This document shows, piece by piece, positions 17,014-25,742 of a stretch of DNA of 64,000 bases (positions are counted from its first letter, which is position 1; every line of letters starts with the position of its first letter). Both the position numbers and the translations under genes were made by a program. Location of the stretch: assembly GCA_037446975.1 (NCBI GenBank), contig JBBIHQ010000002.1, positions 27,066 to 91,065 on the forward strand. The letters run 5' to 3'. The notes beneath the pieces are model-generated. The model was given only the letters and a program-made list of their open reading frames with translations, was not told the DNA's origin and ran no database searches. The DNA comes from Opitutia bacterium (GTDB lineage Bacteria; Verrucomicrobiota; Verrucomicrobiia; Opitutales; Opitutaceae).

Positions 17014-18114
17014 ATGGCCGAGCCGGCATCCCCCGCGCAGAAACGCACCCTGAAAAAGCCCAGCTATCCCATCGGCGGGCCGTTGCGCGGTTATCTGCAG
17101 CAATACCGGCGCGAACGGACCCTCCCGGTCACCTACGAGCGGCTGCGCCATTTTCACGAGGCTTTTCCGCTGGCCGACGCCGAGGGGCGCCCCACCCTCT
17201 GGGAAACCGTCGTCTACCGGTCGGATGAAATCTCCGCTCTCAACGAGGACTTGAAACGGCTCTATGCGCTGCTCCGCGTGGATGGTGACTTCTCCGTGAT
17301 GGAGCATCTCTACATTGACCGCATTGACTTCTGCAGTTTCGGGAATTCCACGCCTTTCCGTCTTCGCATTGTCAACGCCTACAACGACAATCCCGATTAC
17401 TTTTACGTCAAGCAGGCCGATGCGTCGCGGGTTTACGGCCTGGAGCTGGAGCACCTGCTCTCACCCAACCGGCTCAACTTCCTCACCCACGGCGACACGC
17501 TCGTGGAGGAGCATATCGCCGGAGTCCCCGGTGATGTCTTCATCGACCAATGGCTCGATCGCAAAGAACTCAAACCCATTCGGATCGCCAAGGAACTCAT
17601 CAAGTTCAACGAGCGTTGTTTCGTGCGCCTGCTGGGCGATATGCGGAGCTACAATTTCGTTATCGTCCTCACGCCCGACTTCGAGGGTTGGCAGGTGCGC
17701 ATCCGCGCCATGGATTTCGACCAGCAAACCTATAACGGCCGGAAGAACTTCTACCTGCCGCAGTTCTTCAAGGAAAACGTCCGTCTGGTGCAGTTCTGCA
17801 ACAAGCATCTCCACCCCAAGACCGCCTATCAATACCAGCGCGAGGAACAGACGCTCCTGCTTCACCGGGCCGAGCTGTCCACCACCCGGCTCAACACCCT
17901 CCTCGCCGCCATGCAGGGAGACGCCCTCGCTCCGGCGGCCAATGTTCGCTCGCTCCGGGAGGGTCTTGCCGCGCATTTCCAAGTCGACCGATTTCTCCAA
18001 TGCGAGACCATGGGGGCGCTCGTTTGTGAAAGCCTCCGCACCGTGCGCGAGCGGATCGACCAGCAGATTCCCCCGACCCCGGCCGAAATGATGCTTTCAG
18101 CGGGGAACGAGTGA
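17014..18114 (+). CDS. Hypothetical protein with kinase-like catalytic motifs
   Basis: I chose the ATG at 17014 because the longer ORF-track version overlaps the upstream gene in another frame. FYVKQAD, LLGDMRSYNFVI (D-x4-N) and IRAMDFDQ (DFD) are present. Confidence 0.6.
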   Translation: MAEPASPAQKRTLKKPSYPIGGPLRGYLQQYRRERTLPVTYERLRHFHEAFPLADAEGRPTLWETVVYRSDEISALNEDLKRLYALLRVDGDFSVMEHLYIDRIDFCSFGNSTPFRLRIVNAYNDNPDYFYVKQADASRVYGLELEHLLSPNRLNFLTHGDTLVEEHIAGVPGDVFIDQWLDRKELKPIRIAKELIKFNERCFVRLLGDMRSYNFVIVLTPDFEGWQVRIRAMDFDQQTYNGRKNFYLPQFFKENVRLVQFCNKHLHPKTAYQYQREEQTLLLHRAELSTTRLNTLLAAMQGDALAPAANVRSLREGLAAHFQVDRFLQCETMGALVCESLRTVRERIDQQIPPTPAEMMLSAGNE

Positions 18115-18212
18115 CCGTCCTGCGAATGTCCCGCGATGCCAGGGGGACATCGGGGGACACTGGTCCGCAATCATTCTGGCCCCTGAGCCGTGACTCCGGC
18201 CGGCCGCCCCGG

Positions 18213-19724
18213 CTATAAGTTCAGCGTCGCCTGGACGTAGAAATAATTGGAGTCCTTTGAGCCGACGGCACTGAGGGATTCCTTCACGTATTCACCCCGG
18301 AAGAAATGCCCGAGCCCGACTTCAAGCAACAGCCCCTTCGTCGCAGTCCAGCCGGCGATGAAATCGACCTCCTGGCCGAGGTCGGAACTGTACCCTGGAT
18401 TGATATTGAAACCTTTACCGCTGCCGGGCGTTGCCCCCGGTGTGTTCCGCGGCACGCCCGCAACGTTATACCAGTAGTCGTTTGTCGTCTCGAGGAACTG
18501 CTGATGCACATCGAGCGCCAGACTCGTCTTGGCGTTCGGTTTCATGGTCGCCGACAGGCGGTAGTCCACGATGTTTTGCAGACCCGACAAATCCATGGCG
18601 CCGTAGAGCCCGTGGTTGGACGGAAGAAGATTCTGGAATGTTCCGCTGTTCAGATCGGTGGAGTTGCTGTCCCCCGAGGCGCCGCTGACAATGAGCGCCA
18701 CGCGCGGCTTGTAGGGACTGGCGGTCCAGGTATAGCCGCCCTGCAATACAAACGCCCAGGCGCTCTGGCTCAGGCGCGGAGCAACTTTGGCCGCGGCCAC
18801 CGGCGTGGCGGGGAAAACGGCGGTGCGATCGCCGAACTGCCACATGGCCTCGATGCCGTAATCCCATGGACCGAATTTACCCGGCTTGGATTTGGTCCGA
18901 TAGCCGAGGGTGTAGATGTCCTGCGGGGCCGGGAAGCGGAAAGGCGCGGGAACTTGTGACCAGTTGTCGGTGACGATCCCACGAGCCACGTTGCGCGCCA
19001 GGATATAGGTTTCCACCACGGCGTCCTTCGACAGACCCGGAAAATCGAAATAGGCACCCGACAGCGTGTCCTGCGAGTTGGACTCGTTGAAATGATCGCT
19101 GCGCGTATACACGAGGTTGGAGGCGAACAGATCGACACCAAAGAACGAATCCTGATACCGCACCTTGACGGCATCAAAGGTGTGAGGCGTGTTCAACCAG
19201 TACGCACTGCCCACGAGGCGCTGGTCGCCGTAAACGAGCTCCTGCCGGCCCACTTTCACCAGCAGTGGAAATTTTTTAAGATTGCCGAACTGCACGTAGC
19301 CCAGCTCCAGCTGCATCGGCCCGTCGTTTTCCACCAGACCCTTCCCTGCGGCCGCGGCATTGTAACGATTGTCACTGATCGAATAACTGGAGCGGGTCTC
19401 GACGACCGCCGAGAACCAGTCGTCGGTGTACCCGGCGCGGAGCATGAGCCGGGAAAGCCAGTAATCATTGCTGTTGGTGGTCGGTGGTGCCGAGGCGAAA
19501 TCGAAATTGGAACCGGCATGGGTTGCGCCCGCATCCGATTTGTTTTCGGAGCGGATCCGCTCGTTAATGCCGAAATCCCAAGCCTTGAACACCGGGTCTT
19601 TTGCCCGGAGAAAGTCGTCAATCGCGCCGGGAACCGGGATGGGCGGCGACGGAGGCACATACTGGGCCCAGGCCGACGCAGCCGACAGGATAAAGAACAG
19701 GATCGTGGATTTGGTGGTTTGCAT
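18213..19724 (-). CDS. Alginate-export-family outer-membrane beta-barrel porin
   Basis: A signal peptide ending AWA-QY is present. VKVGRQELVYGDQRLVGSAYWLNTPHTFDAVKVRY is the characteristic alginate-export pattern. Alternating beta-strand character runs to the C-terminus. Confidence 0.8.
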   Translation of the reverse strand: MQTTKSTILFFILSAASAWAQYVPPSPPIPVPGAIDDFLRAKDPVFKAWDFGINERIRSENKSDAGATHAGSNFDFASAPPTTNSNDYWLSRLMLRAGYTDDWFSAVVETRSSYSISDNRYNAAAAGKGLVENDGPMQLELGYVQFGNLKKFPLLVKVGRQELVYGDQRLVGSAYWLNTPHTFDAVKVRYQDSFFGVDLFASNLVYTRSDHFNESNSQDTLSGAYFDFPGLSKDAVVETYILARNVARGIVTDNWSQVPAPFRFPAPQDIYTLGYRTKSKPGKFGPWDYGIEAMWQFGDRTAVFPATPVAAAKVAPRLSQSAWAFVLQGGYTWTASPYKPRVALIVSGASGDSNSTDLNSGTFQNLLPSNHGLYGAMDLSGLQNIVDYRLSATMKPNAKTSLALDVHQQFLETTNDYWYNVAGVPRNTPGATPGSGKGFNINPGYSSDLGQEVDFIAGWTATKGLLLEVGLGHFFRGEYVKESLSAVGSKDSNYFYVQATLNL

Positions 19725-19908
19725 GGAGGAAAGGCGTGGTCACTTCCCGAATCTGCACGGATCATGCCGCCGGAGGCGGAAGCGGCGGTTCTGGTTCCGC
19801 AAACTATTCATGACGGCAATTAACCGGGCTCATGGAGCGGGGATTGGCGGGGCGACAAGACGATCGACGTGAAGCCGTGCTTGCGCCGTCGTTGAACCCT
19901 CTCGGGTC

Positions 19909-22900
19909 CTAGTTTTTTGAGGGCGTGAAGAGGAGCGCGGGGCCATCGCAACGGACCACGGCGATAGCAGGACGCTTGCCGCCTCCGGGCGTGACGACCG
20001 CAGCGGAGCGGGCATCGCCAATGACGACAATCCCGGACCGGGCGGGAGACAGGGCGGTGAAGCCTCCCCTGCCGTCTCCTTTCAGCAGCACGCCGAGGCC
20101 GCCGTCGAATCGGCCGGTGTTGGGCTCGGGTCCGAAATTGTTGCCCACACAGAACAGATCGAGCTTGCCGTCGCCATCGAGGTCACGGGCCACAATCGCG
20201 TTGATGGGCGCGACCTGCGCCAGCCGGGGCAGCGGTTGGAATTCAAACGTACCGTCGCCCCGGTTGACGAACACGCCGCTGGCGAGTTCGGTGGCCTCCA
20301 GTTTGCGCACTTTCGCAAGGTGCTCGGCGCCAAAAATGTCTTCCACCGTTGCGCGCGAATAGGCGGCGTAGGTGGGAAATTTCCTCGGGAGCCACGGGAA
20401 CGCATAGGCCAGTTTGCTGCGCCCGCGGACGGGATAGAGTTTGCCGCCCTCATAGAGCGCCTCGACGAGCTGGTCTTTCCCGCTGCCGTCAAAATCCCCG
20501 GCGAAGAGGACGGTCGGTTCGGCGGCCGACGCGCGATACTTGGTGTTCAGCCCGACATTGCCTGCAACGATATCCAAGCGGCCGTCGCCGTTCACGTCGG
20601 CCACAGCCAGCGCACTCCACCAGCCGGTGTAAGCGGCCAGCCCGGCCTTGGTGGTGAGGTTCTCGAATCCCTTGCCCGTGTTGTGCCAGTAAGTGACCGG
20701 CCCCCACTCGGTCGCGACGATGAGATCGGGGCGCTTGTCGCTGTCGAGGTCCGCCCAAGCCGCGGCCGTGACCATGCCGACGTTGCGCAGACCGGGAGCG
20801 AGTTCATCGGTCACATCGACAAATCTGCCGCCCACGTTGCGGTAAAGGAAGCTGCGCGGCGTCTCCGGGTATTTGCCAGGCACAACGCGGCCGCCGATAA
20901 AGAGGTCGACCTTGCCGTCTCCGTCGAAATCGGCGGCGGCAATCGCCGCGGTGCTTTCGCCGTTCACCGACAATGTGCCGGCGGGGGCGAGGGTGAACTT
21001 GCCGCGGCCGTCGTTGAGGTAGACACGGGCGTTGAGCATGGCGTCGCCGCGGGCGTGCTCGACCCCGCCGCCCACCAGAATAAGGTCGGGGTGCTTGTCG
21101 CCGTTGACGTCGACAAACAACGCGCCCACATCGTCGGATTCGGACATCGCGGCCCAAGGCTGGGCAGCCGCCGGCTTGAACGTGCCGTCGGGCTGGCCGA
21201 GAAAGAGTTGACCCGCCTGGCCGGTGGTGCCGGTCACGAAAATGTCGTCAATTCCGTCGCCGTTCACATCGGCCACCGCGAGCACAGGGCCGAGGCCGTT
21301 TAGCCGGCGCGGCAGAAGCCGCTGGCGGGTAAACTCGTCGAAGGGACGCAGGGTGTTGGTGTGTTTGAGGCCGCGACCTGCCGCTGACTCGGTGAAAAGG
21401 GCATCTGCTGCGGGCGGGATCTTGAAAAAGGCCGGCGGTGGCTTCGCTCCCTCCGCCAAGGGCGGTTCGCTGATGGTGAGCAGCTGGTCGGCGGGAAGAT
21501 TCTCCAGCACCTGTACCTCGCCGCGCGGCCAGTTAATGGTGAGCTTCTTGATCACCGTGTCGTTGCCGAGGCCAAAATGAACGAGCGGCAGTTCGCTGGC
21601 CACGATGCCGCGCTCGGTGTAGAGCTGGCGCATCTGCACCCCGGAGGCGGTCTCGATGTGCAGCTCGGCGCCGATGCCATCCAGGTTGGGCGCCCGGCCG
21701 GCCAGCTTGATGACGGCCCGGTGACCGGTCGTCGTGTGGTTGCGGATGATGGTCGGCGGCGCATCGTAGTTGGAGAAGATTATGTCCAGATCCCCGTCCC
21801 CATCGAGATCGGCGAGGACGCAGCCGAAACTCACGCCATCGTGATCGAGGCCCCATTCTTTTGAGACCTCCTCGAATTTCAGATCGCCGAGATTGTGATA
21901 AGCGAGGGTGGTCTCGTGGCGGGGCGGGGCGTTTTTCCAGACGTTGGCGCGGGCGGTAAGGGTGGGCGCGACATTCTGTTTGTCGACAATGTCGGCATCG
22001 ATGAAGTTGCGGATCATTCCGCAGGTGTAGAAGACGTCGAGCCGGCCGTCGTTGTCGAGGTCGCCCAAGCGGGCGCCAAAAGTCCAGCCGGTCGCATCCA
22101 TCCCCGTCAGGTGCGCGACTTCGGCAAAATGGTCCGTGCCGGTGTTGAGGTAGACGGCGTTCCACATGTATTGCGGGATGAGTTCGGTCACGCGTTCCAT
22201 ATCCCACAGACCGCGCCCGATTTCCTCCATGCCCGTCATGAACTGTGCGTGATTGCGATCGCGCATGTCGGTGACGAGAAAGTCGATCAAGCCGTCGTTG
22301 TTGATGTCGCCCGAATCCGCTGTCATCGAGAAATAGGTGACGTGCGGAAGGCGTTCGTCGACCACGTCCGTGAAGGTGCCGTCGCCCTTGTTCAAATAAA
22401 GCCGGTCGGGTGTCTCGAAGTCGTTGGCCACGTAAAGATCGGGCCACCCATCGTGATTGATATCCATCCAGATGGCCGTATGGCCCTGGGTAAGCCCCCA
22501 GATCCCAGCCTTGGCGGTGACATCGGTGAAGGTGCCGTTGCCGTTGTTGTGGAGCAGGTAGTCGCGGCGGCCCTGCGGGGCTTTGGAGAAGTCGAGAATG
22601 TTGGTGACAAGATAGCAGTCGATAAAGCCGTCGCGGTCGTAATCCGCGAACGATGCGTGCACAGAGGCGTCGTTGATATCGAGACCATAGGCTTTGGCGT
22701 TTTCCGTGAACGTGCCGTCATGATTATTGATGAACAGAAGATTTGGCGCATCGTAACGGCAGACGTAGATATCCGGCCAACCGTCCTGATTGATGTCGAC
22801 CACCGTGGCCCCGGTCTTGCTCGAGCCGGGTTCATCGCAGGCCACGCCAGCCGCCGCAGCAACGTCAACAAACTTGAACGGGGCAACCTGCCGGTAGAGC

Positions 22901-23205
22901 GCACAAGGGCCGTTTTTCGAGATGGCGAAAATACCCGGCCGGCCATCATGGAAGAAGTCACCGACCGCAATGCCCGTCTCGACCGCACCCAAGGTGAGCT
23001 CGCGGAAGCGGTTGCCCCACATGCGGGGGTCGTTGAAGACATTGGGGACCGTCACACCCGATTCGGCCGGGGTGAGAATCTGAAAGGGCTTGGCTCCCGC
23101 CGATGCCGCCGTGCGAGGTTGCAGCGGTGTGGCCGTGTAATCGGCAGCAAGGGCAAGCGAGGCGGGGCAAAGCAGCACCGCAGTGATGAGCGTGGATTTG
23201 AACAT
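19909..23205 (-). CDS. CRTAC1-family secreted protein (FG-GAP/VCBS repeats plus ASPIC/UnbV domain)
   Basis: The 1098-aa product has a signal peptide and many D.N.DG..D repeats. An UnbV-like segment NLDGIGAELHIETASG...VHFGLGNDTVIKKLTINWPRG sits mid-protein. Confidence 0.85.
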   Translation of the reverse strand: MFKSTLITAVLLCPASLALAADYTATPLQPRTAASAGAKPFQILTPAESGVTVPNVFNDPRMWGNRFRELTLGAVETGIAVGDFFHDGRPGIFAISKNGPCALYRQVAPFKFVDVAAAAGVACDEPGSSKTGATVVDINQDGWPDIYVCRYDAPNLLFINNHDGTFTENAKAYGLDINDASVHASFADYDRDGFIDCYLVTNILDFSKAPQGRRDYLLHNNGNGTFTDVTAKAGIWGLTQGHTAIWMDINHDGWPDLYVANDFETPDRLYLNKGDGTFTDVVDERLPHVTYFSMTADSGDINNDGLIDFLVTDMRDRNHAQFMTGMEEIGRGLWDMERVTELIPQYMWNAVYLNTGTDHFAEVAHLTGMDATGWTFGARLGDLDNDGRLDVFYTCGMIRNFIDADIVDKQNVAPTLTARANVWKNAPPRHETTLAYHNLGDLKFEEVSKEWGLDHDGVSFGCVLADLDGDGDLDIIFSNYDAPPTIIRNHTTTGHRAVIKLAGRAPNLDGIGAELHIETASGVQMRQLYTERGIVASELPLVHFGLGNDTVIKKLTINWPRGEVQVLENLPADQLLTISEPPLAEGAKPPPAFFKIPPAADALFTESAAGRGLKHTNTLRPFDEFTRQRLLPRRLNGLGPVLAVADVNGDGIDDIFVTGTTGQAGQLFLGQPDGTFKPAAAQPWAAMSESDDVGALFVDVNGDKHPDLILVGGGVEHARGDAMLNARVYLNDGRGKFTLAPAGTLSVNGESTAAIAAADFDGDGKVDLFIGGRVVPGKYPETPRSFLYRNVGGRFVDVTDELAPGLRNVGMVTAAAWADLDSDKRPDLIVATEWGPVTYWHNTGKGFENLTTKAGLAAYTGWWSALAVADVNGDGRLDIVAGNVGLNTKYRASAAEPTVLFAGDFDGSGKDQLVEALYEGGKLYPVRGRSKLAYAFPWLPRKFPTYAAYSRATVEDIFGAEHLAKVRKLEATELASGVFVNRGDGTFEFQPLPRLAQVAPINAIVARDLDGDGKLDLFCVGNNFGPEPNTGRFDGGLGVLLKGDGRGGFTALSPARSGIVVIGDARSAAVVTPGGGKRPAIAVVRCDGPALLFTPSKN

Positions 23206-23220
23206 GAGGGACGAGTGTAG

Positions 23221-24042
23221 TTAGACGGCAGGAGCGTGTCCGATGGAGAAAACCGGGCGGAATCGAGCGACTAAGAAAAACAAGGCAAGCGGAGCCGCGT
23301 AACTGCCGCCGTGCTCGATGAAGACCCAGCAGGGCGAACCGGCTAACGGGCAGAGCGCTTCCGTCACCAGCTTCCATGCCAGCACGCCGAGAAGGAGGCT
23401 GCGGTTGGGGCGGACTAGAACCGCTACAGCCAGCAGGCATTCAAAGACGCCGACGAGGGGCTCGACCGCCGCTCCAGGCAGTCCGATCAGTTTGTACTGG
23501 GTGATGAACATCGGTTTTTGCACCATCCAGTTCAGCATCCCGTGGCCGAACAGCAAAAGCGCGGTGGTGATGCGGAGGATCCAACCGGCCGTCCGACCAA
23601 GTGAGGCGTCAAGCGTTGGACGAAAGCGAGCGGTCGACCAAGCCTGCACCCCTGACCCGGGCGCAAACAGAAAAAACAGGGCGAGGGGTGCGCCGTAGTT
23701 ACCCGCACGCTCGACCGCCTCCCACCCGGACTCGCCGGCGAGCGGCCGCAACAGGGCCGTCCAGACGCACCAGGCCACCATATAGAGCACGAGCCCGCGC
23801 GCCGGGCGGAACAGCACCGCGAGCGCCATCGCAATATCGAAGACACCAACTAACGGCATCAGCGTGAGCGCGGTCTCCCGTCCGATGCCGACGACGGCAA
23901 AATATGAAGTCCAAGCGGCTGTCCGAAGCACGCCAAGCATCCCGTGGCCGATGAAGCAGGCGGCGACGCCCGCGCGGAGGGTCCACCGAAACAAGGCACC
24001 GGCATCGCCTTCAAGGCGCGGAAGGGCGGCTGCGCTTTTCAT
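23221..24042 (-). CDS. Polytopic membrane protein with two tandem DoxX-like halves
   Basis: Two homologous halves each carry GHGML...PLVGVF...AVLxRP...PLAG...YAAPLALFFL. The ATG at 24042 lies 3 codons inside the TTG at 24051. There is a 15-nt gap to the downstream gene. Confidence 0.65.
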   Translation of the reverse strand: MKSAAALPRLEGDAGALFRWTLRAGVAACFIGHGMLGVLRTAAWTSYFAVVGIGRETALTLMPLVGVFDIAMALAVLFRPARGLVLYMVAWCVWTALLRPLAGESGWEAVERAGNYGAPLALFFLFAPGSGVQAWSTARFRPTLDASLGRTAGWILRITTALLLFGHGMLNWMVQKPMFITQYKLIGLPGAAVEPLVGVFECLLAVAVLVRPNRSLLLGVLAWKLVTEALCPLAGSPCWVFIEHGGSYAAPLALFFLVARFRPVFSIGHAPAV

Positions 24043-24065
24043 ACGGGCCAAGAGGAACGCGGACG

Positions 24066-25325
24066 TTATTTCAGGGGCAGCAGCGCGTGTTCAAGGGTCC
24101 AATCAGCGATCTTTACCCCGGCTTTCTGGCCCTCGAGATTGTCCGACATCGTGTGGATGCCGCCCACTACCCGGCTCATGCCGGCTTCTTTTTGGGCGTC
24201 GGAGAGCTTCTTGAAGGTGCGCACCGCGCCCGGCAGGGCATCGGAGGTGACGGAGAACTCAATGTCGTCGGTGCCGAAGAACACCGCCAGCAGCCGCGCC
24301 CCCGCTCCGGAAAACGTGCTGTGCCCCGACGAATAGGCCGGAAAAGGTGGCGACGGCATGTTGGGGATGAAATCCGGGATGGCCTCGGCCTTGGGGTTCA
24401 GCTGGGGGTTGATCTCGCGCAGGGCCGTCTCGGGCCGCCACACATTGTAATAGTATTTCGTTTCCCAGCACGAGATGGCGGCGTCAGCCTGCGCAAAATT
24501 GAGCAGGGCAAACAGCCGGGCGGATTCGGGTACGGAAAGATTTTTACGCCGGGCCAGATCTTCCGCGATCATGTTCCAGTGGCCGGGCGGAGTGCTCGTG
24601 CCCAGGTCATCATTCCAGAACGGTGTGCTCAGGGTTTCGTACTCGGTGCGGTCGGCGTTGTCGCGCACCCCCCTTTTTGCCACGAAGGCGAGTTCCGCAG
24701 CGTAGGCGGCCGAACCCAATGACTCGGGCGGCGGGCAACGGAACTGGTCCTGCGAGGTCATGACGAAAGGTTTGACCCGGCCCCAGAAAGGCAGCAGAGG
24801 CGGGCGGAACTGGGAGGGAGTCTCCCGCCACTTGCCGGGCTCGGTGCTGGAATATTTCCCGGGGATCGGCTTGTTATAGCCGGCTTGGGCGATTTTCTCG
24901 AGCACGAGCTGGGCGACGTGCTCGCCCCATGCGATGCCCTCGGTCTTGGCCTGGCCATCGGGGATCAGGGCGAGCGCCTTCTCATAGGCCACCTGCAGAT
25001 TGTGCGGGTTGGAGGTTGCGCTCCAAAGCGAGACCATCGTGGTGTGTGCCGCGCCCGCGATCGCCGCATCCATGCTGGCCCCGGCAGGCGCGGGATCATT
25101 GACCAGCCAGCCGTGGTGGGTGCGGGTTATGCCATTGACTGCATCAAAGATCGCCGCGTGGAACGTGGCGAAGAAGAACGAGGACATCGGGGGCGGATTG
25201 CGCGCCAGCCGGGTGGCGTCGAGAGCCTGATTGTTCCAATAAAGGACGGCGTTGTCGCCAAAGGCGACCGGACCGGTCAAGGAAACGGCGGCCAGCGCCA
25301 TTAGAAACATGCGTGGTAGTTTCAT
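24066..25325 (-). CDS. Secreted PAP2-superfamily / vanadium-haloperoxidase-like protein
   Basis: A signal peptide is present, together with the complete tripartite signature KYYYNVWRP, YSSGHS and SRVVGGIHTMSD (K-x6-RP, SGH, SR-x5-H-x3-D). Confidence 0.8.
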   Translation of the reverse strand: MKLPRMFLMALAAVSLTGPVAFGDNAVLYWNNQALDATRLARNPPPMSSFFFATFHAAIFDAVNGITRTHHGWLVNDPAPAGASMDAAIAGAAHTTMVSLWSATSNPHNLQVAYEKALALIPDGQAKTEGIAWGEHVAQLVLEKIAQAGYNKPIPGKYSSTEPGKWRETPSQFRPPLLPFWGRVKPFVMTSQDQFRCPPPESLGSAAYAAELAFVAKRGVRDNADRTEYETLSTPFWNDDLGTSTPPGHWNMIAEDLARRKNLSVPESARLFALLNFAQADAAISCWETKYYYNVWRPETALREINPQLNPKAEAIPDFIPNMPSPPFPAYSSGHSTFSGAGARLLAVFFGTDDIEFSVTSDALPGAVRTFKKLSDAQKEAGMSRVVGGIHTMSDNLEGQKAGVKIADWTLEHALLPLK

Positions 25326-25538
25326 ACGGAGGGAGTAACGTGGAACAGGTTGGTTCGCCTGCGTGCAGCGAACAAGAGCGGGCGCAAGTTGGGTAATTCC
25401 GCGGCACCTGAAAACACCTTAGGGGCGAATTGCCGCCAACCGGGGACGAAATGTGTGGCGCAGTCGCGGTTGATCCGCCTTTCGACTCGTCGAGTCCCAC
25501 GGGACCAGTGGTATGAGCGGCAAGATGCTTTTGGCGGC

Positions 25539-25620
25539 CACTCGCCGGGGCAACTCCATGAAATCGGCCCCCGGTAAATACACGGCCCCGGAAAGTGCCT
25601 TCACTCGCCGGGGCCAACCC
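25539..25620. repeat. Direct repeat CACTCGCCGGGGC (2 copies, 63 bp apart) bracketing two CGGCCCC(C)GG elements
   Basis: The copies are at 25539-25551 and 25602-25614. The inner elements are at 25565-25574 and 25583-25591. An 8-bp all-GC stem can form between 25584-25591 and 25608-25615. Confidence 0.8.
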
Positions 25621-25706
25621 TATTGACTGGCGTGAAGCTATGACCGCTTTTCGCCGTCCGTAAACATTGCAGGGGCCAGTAGCTGGCCCGCGGGGACCAA
25701 TTGCCG

Positions 25707-25724
25707 AAATTGCCGGGGCAATTT
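25707..25724. repeat. Perfect 18-bp palindrome AAATTGCCGGGGCAATTT
   Basis: Read directly from the sequence. It is part of a cluster of AATTGCC/GGCAATT heptamers at 25699-25723, and a further copy lies at 25428. Confidence 0.85.
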
Positions 25725-25742
25725 GCGGGCGAATCCTCCCGG

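Noticed and set aside
12089-17048. A chain of long minus-strand ORFs (12089-13321, 13066-14244, 14854-15870, 15867-17048).
   Set aside because: All are antisense to recognisable plus-strand genes (methyltransferase, LpxR, SIS, BadF kinase). None has a motif, and all show GC-rich shadow-frame composition.
18115-18212. A hairpin ATGTCCC...GGGACAT and a GGGGGACA direct repeat lie between the convergent kinase-like gene and the porin gene, possibly a bidirectional terminator.
   Set aside because: The stem is only 7 bp with an 11-nt loop, and there is no U-tract on either strand. It is not convincing.
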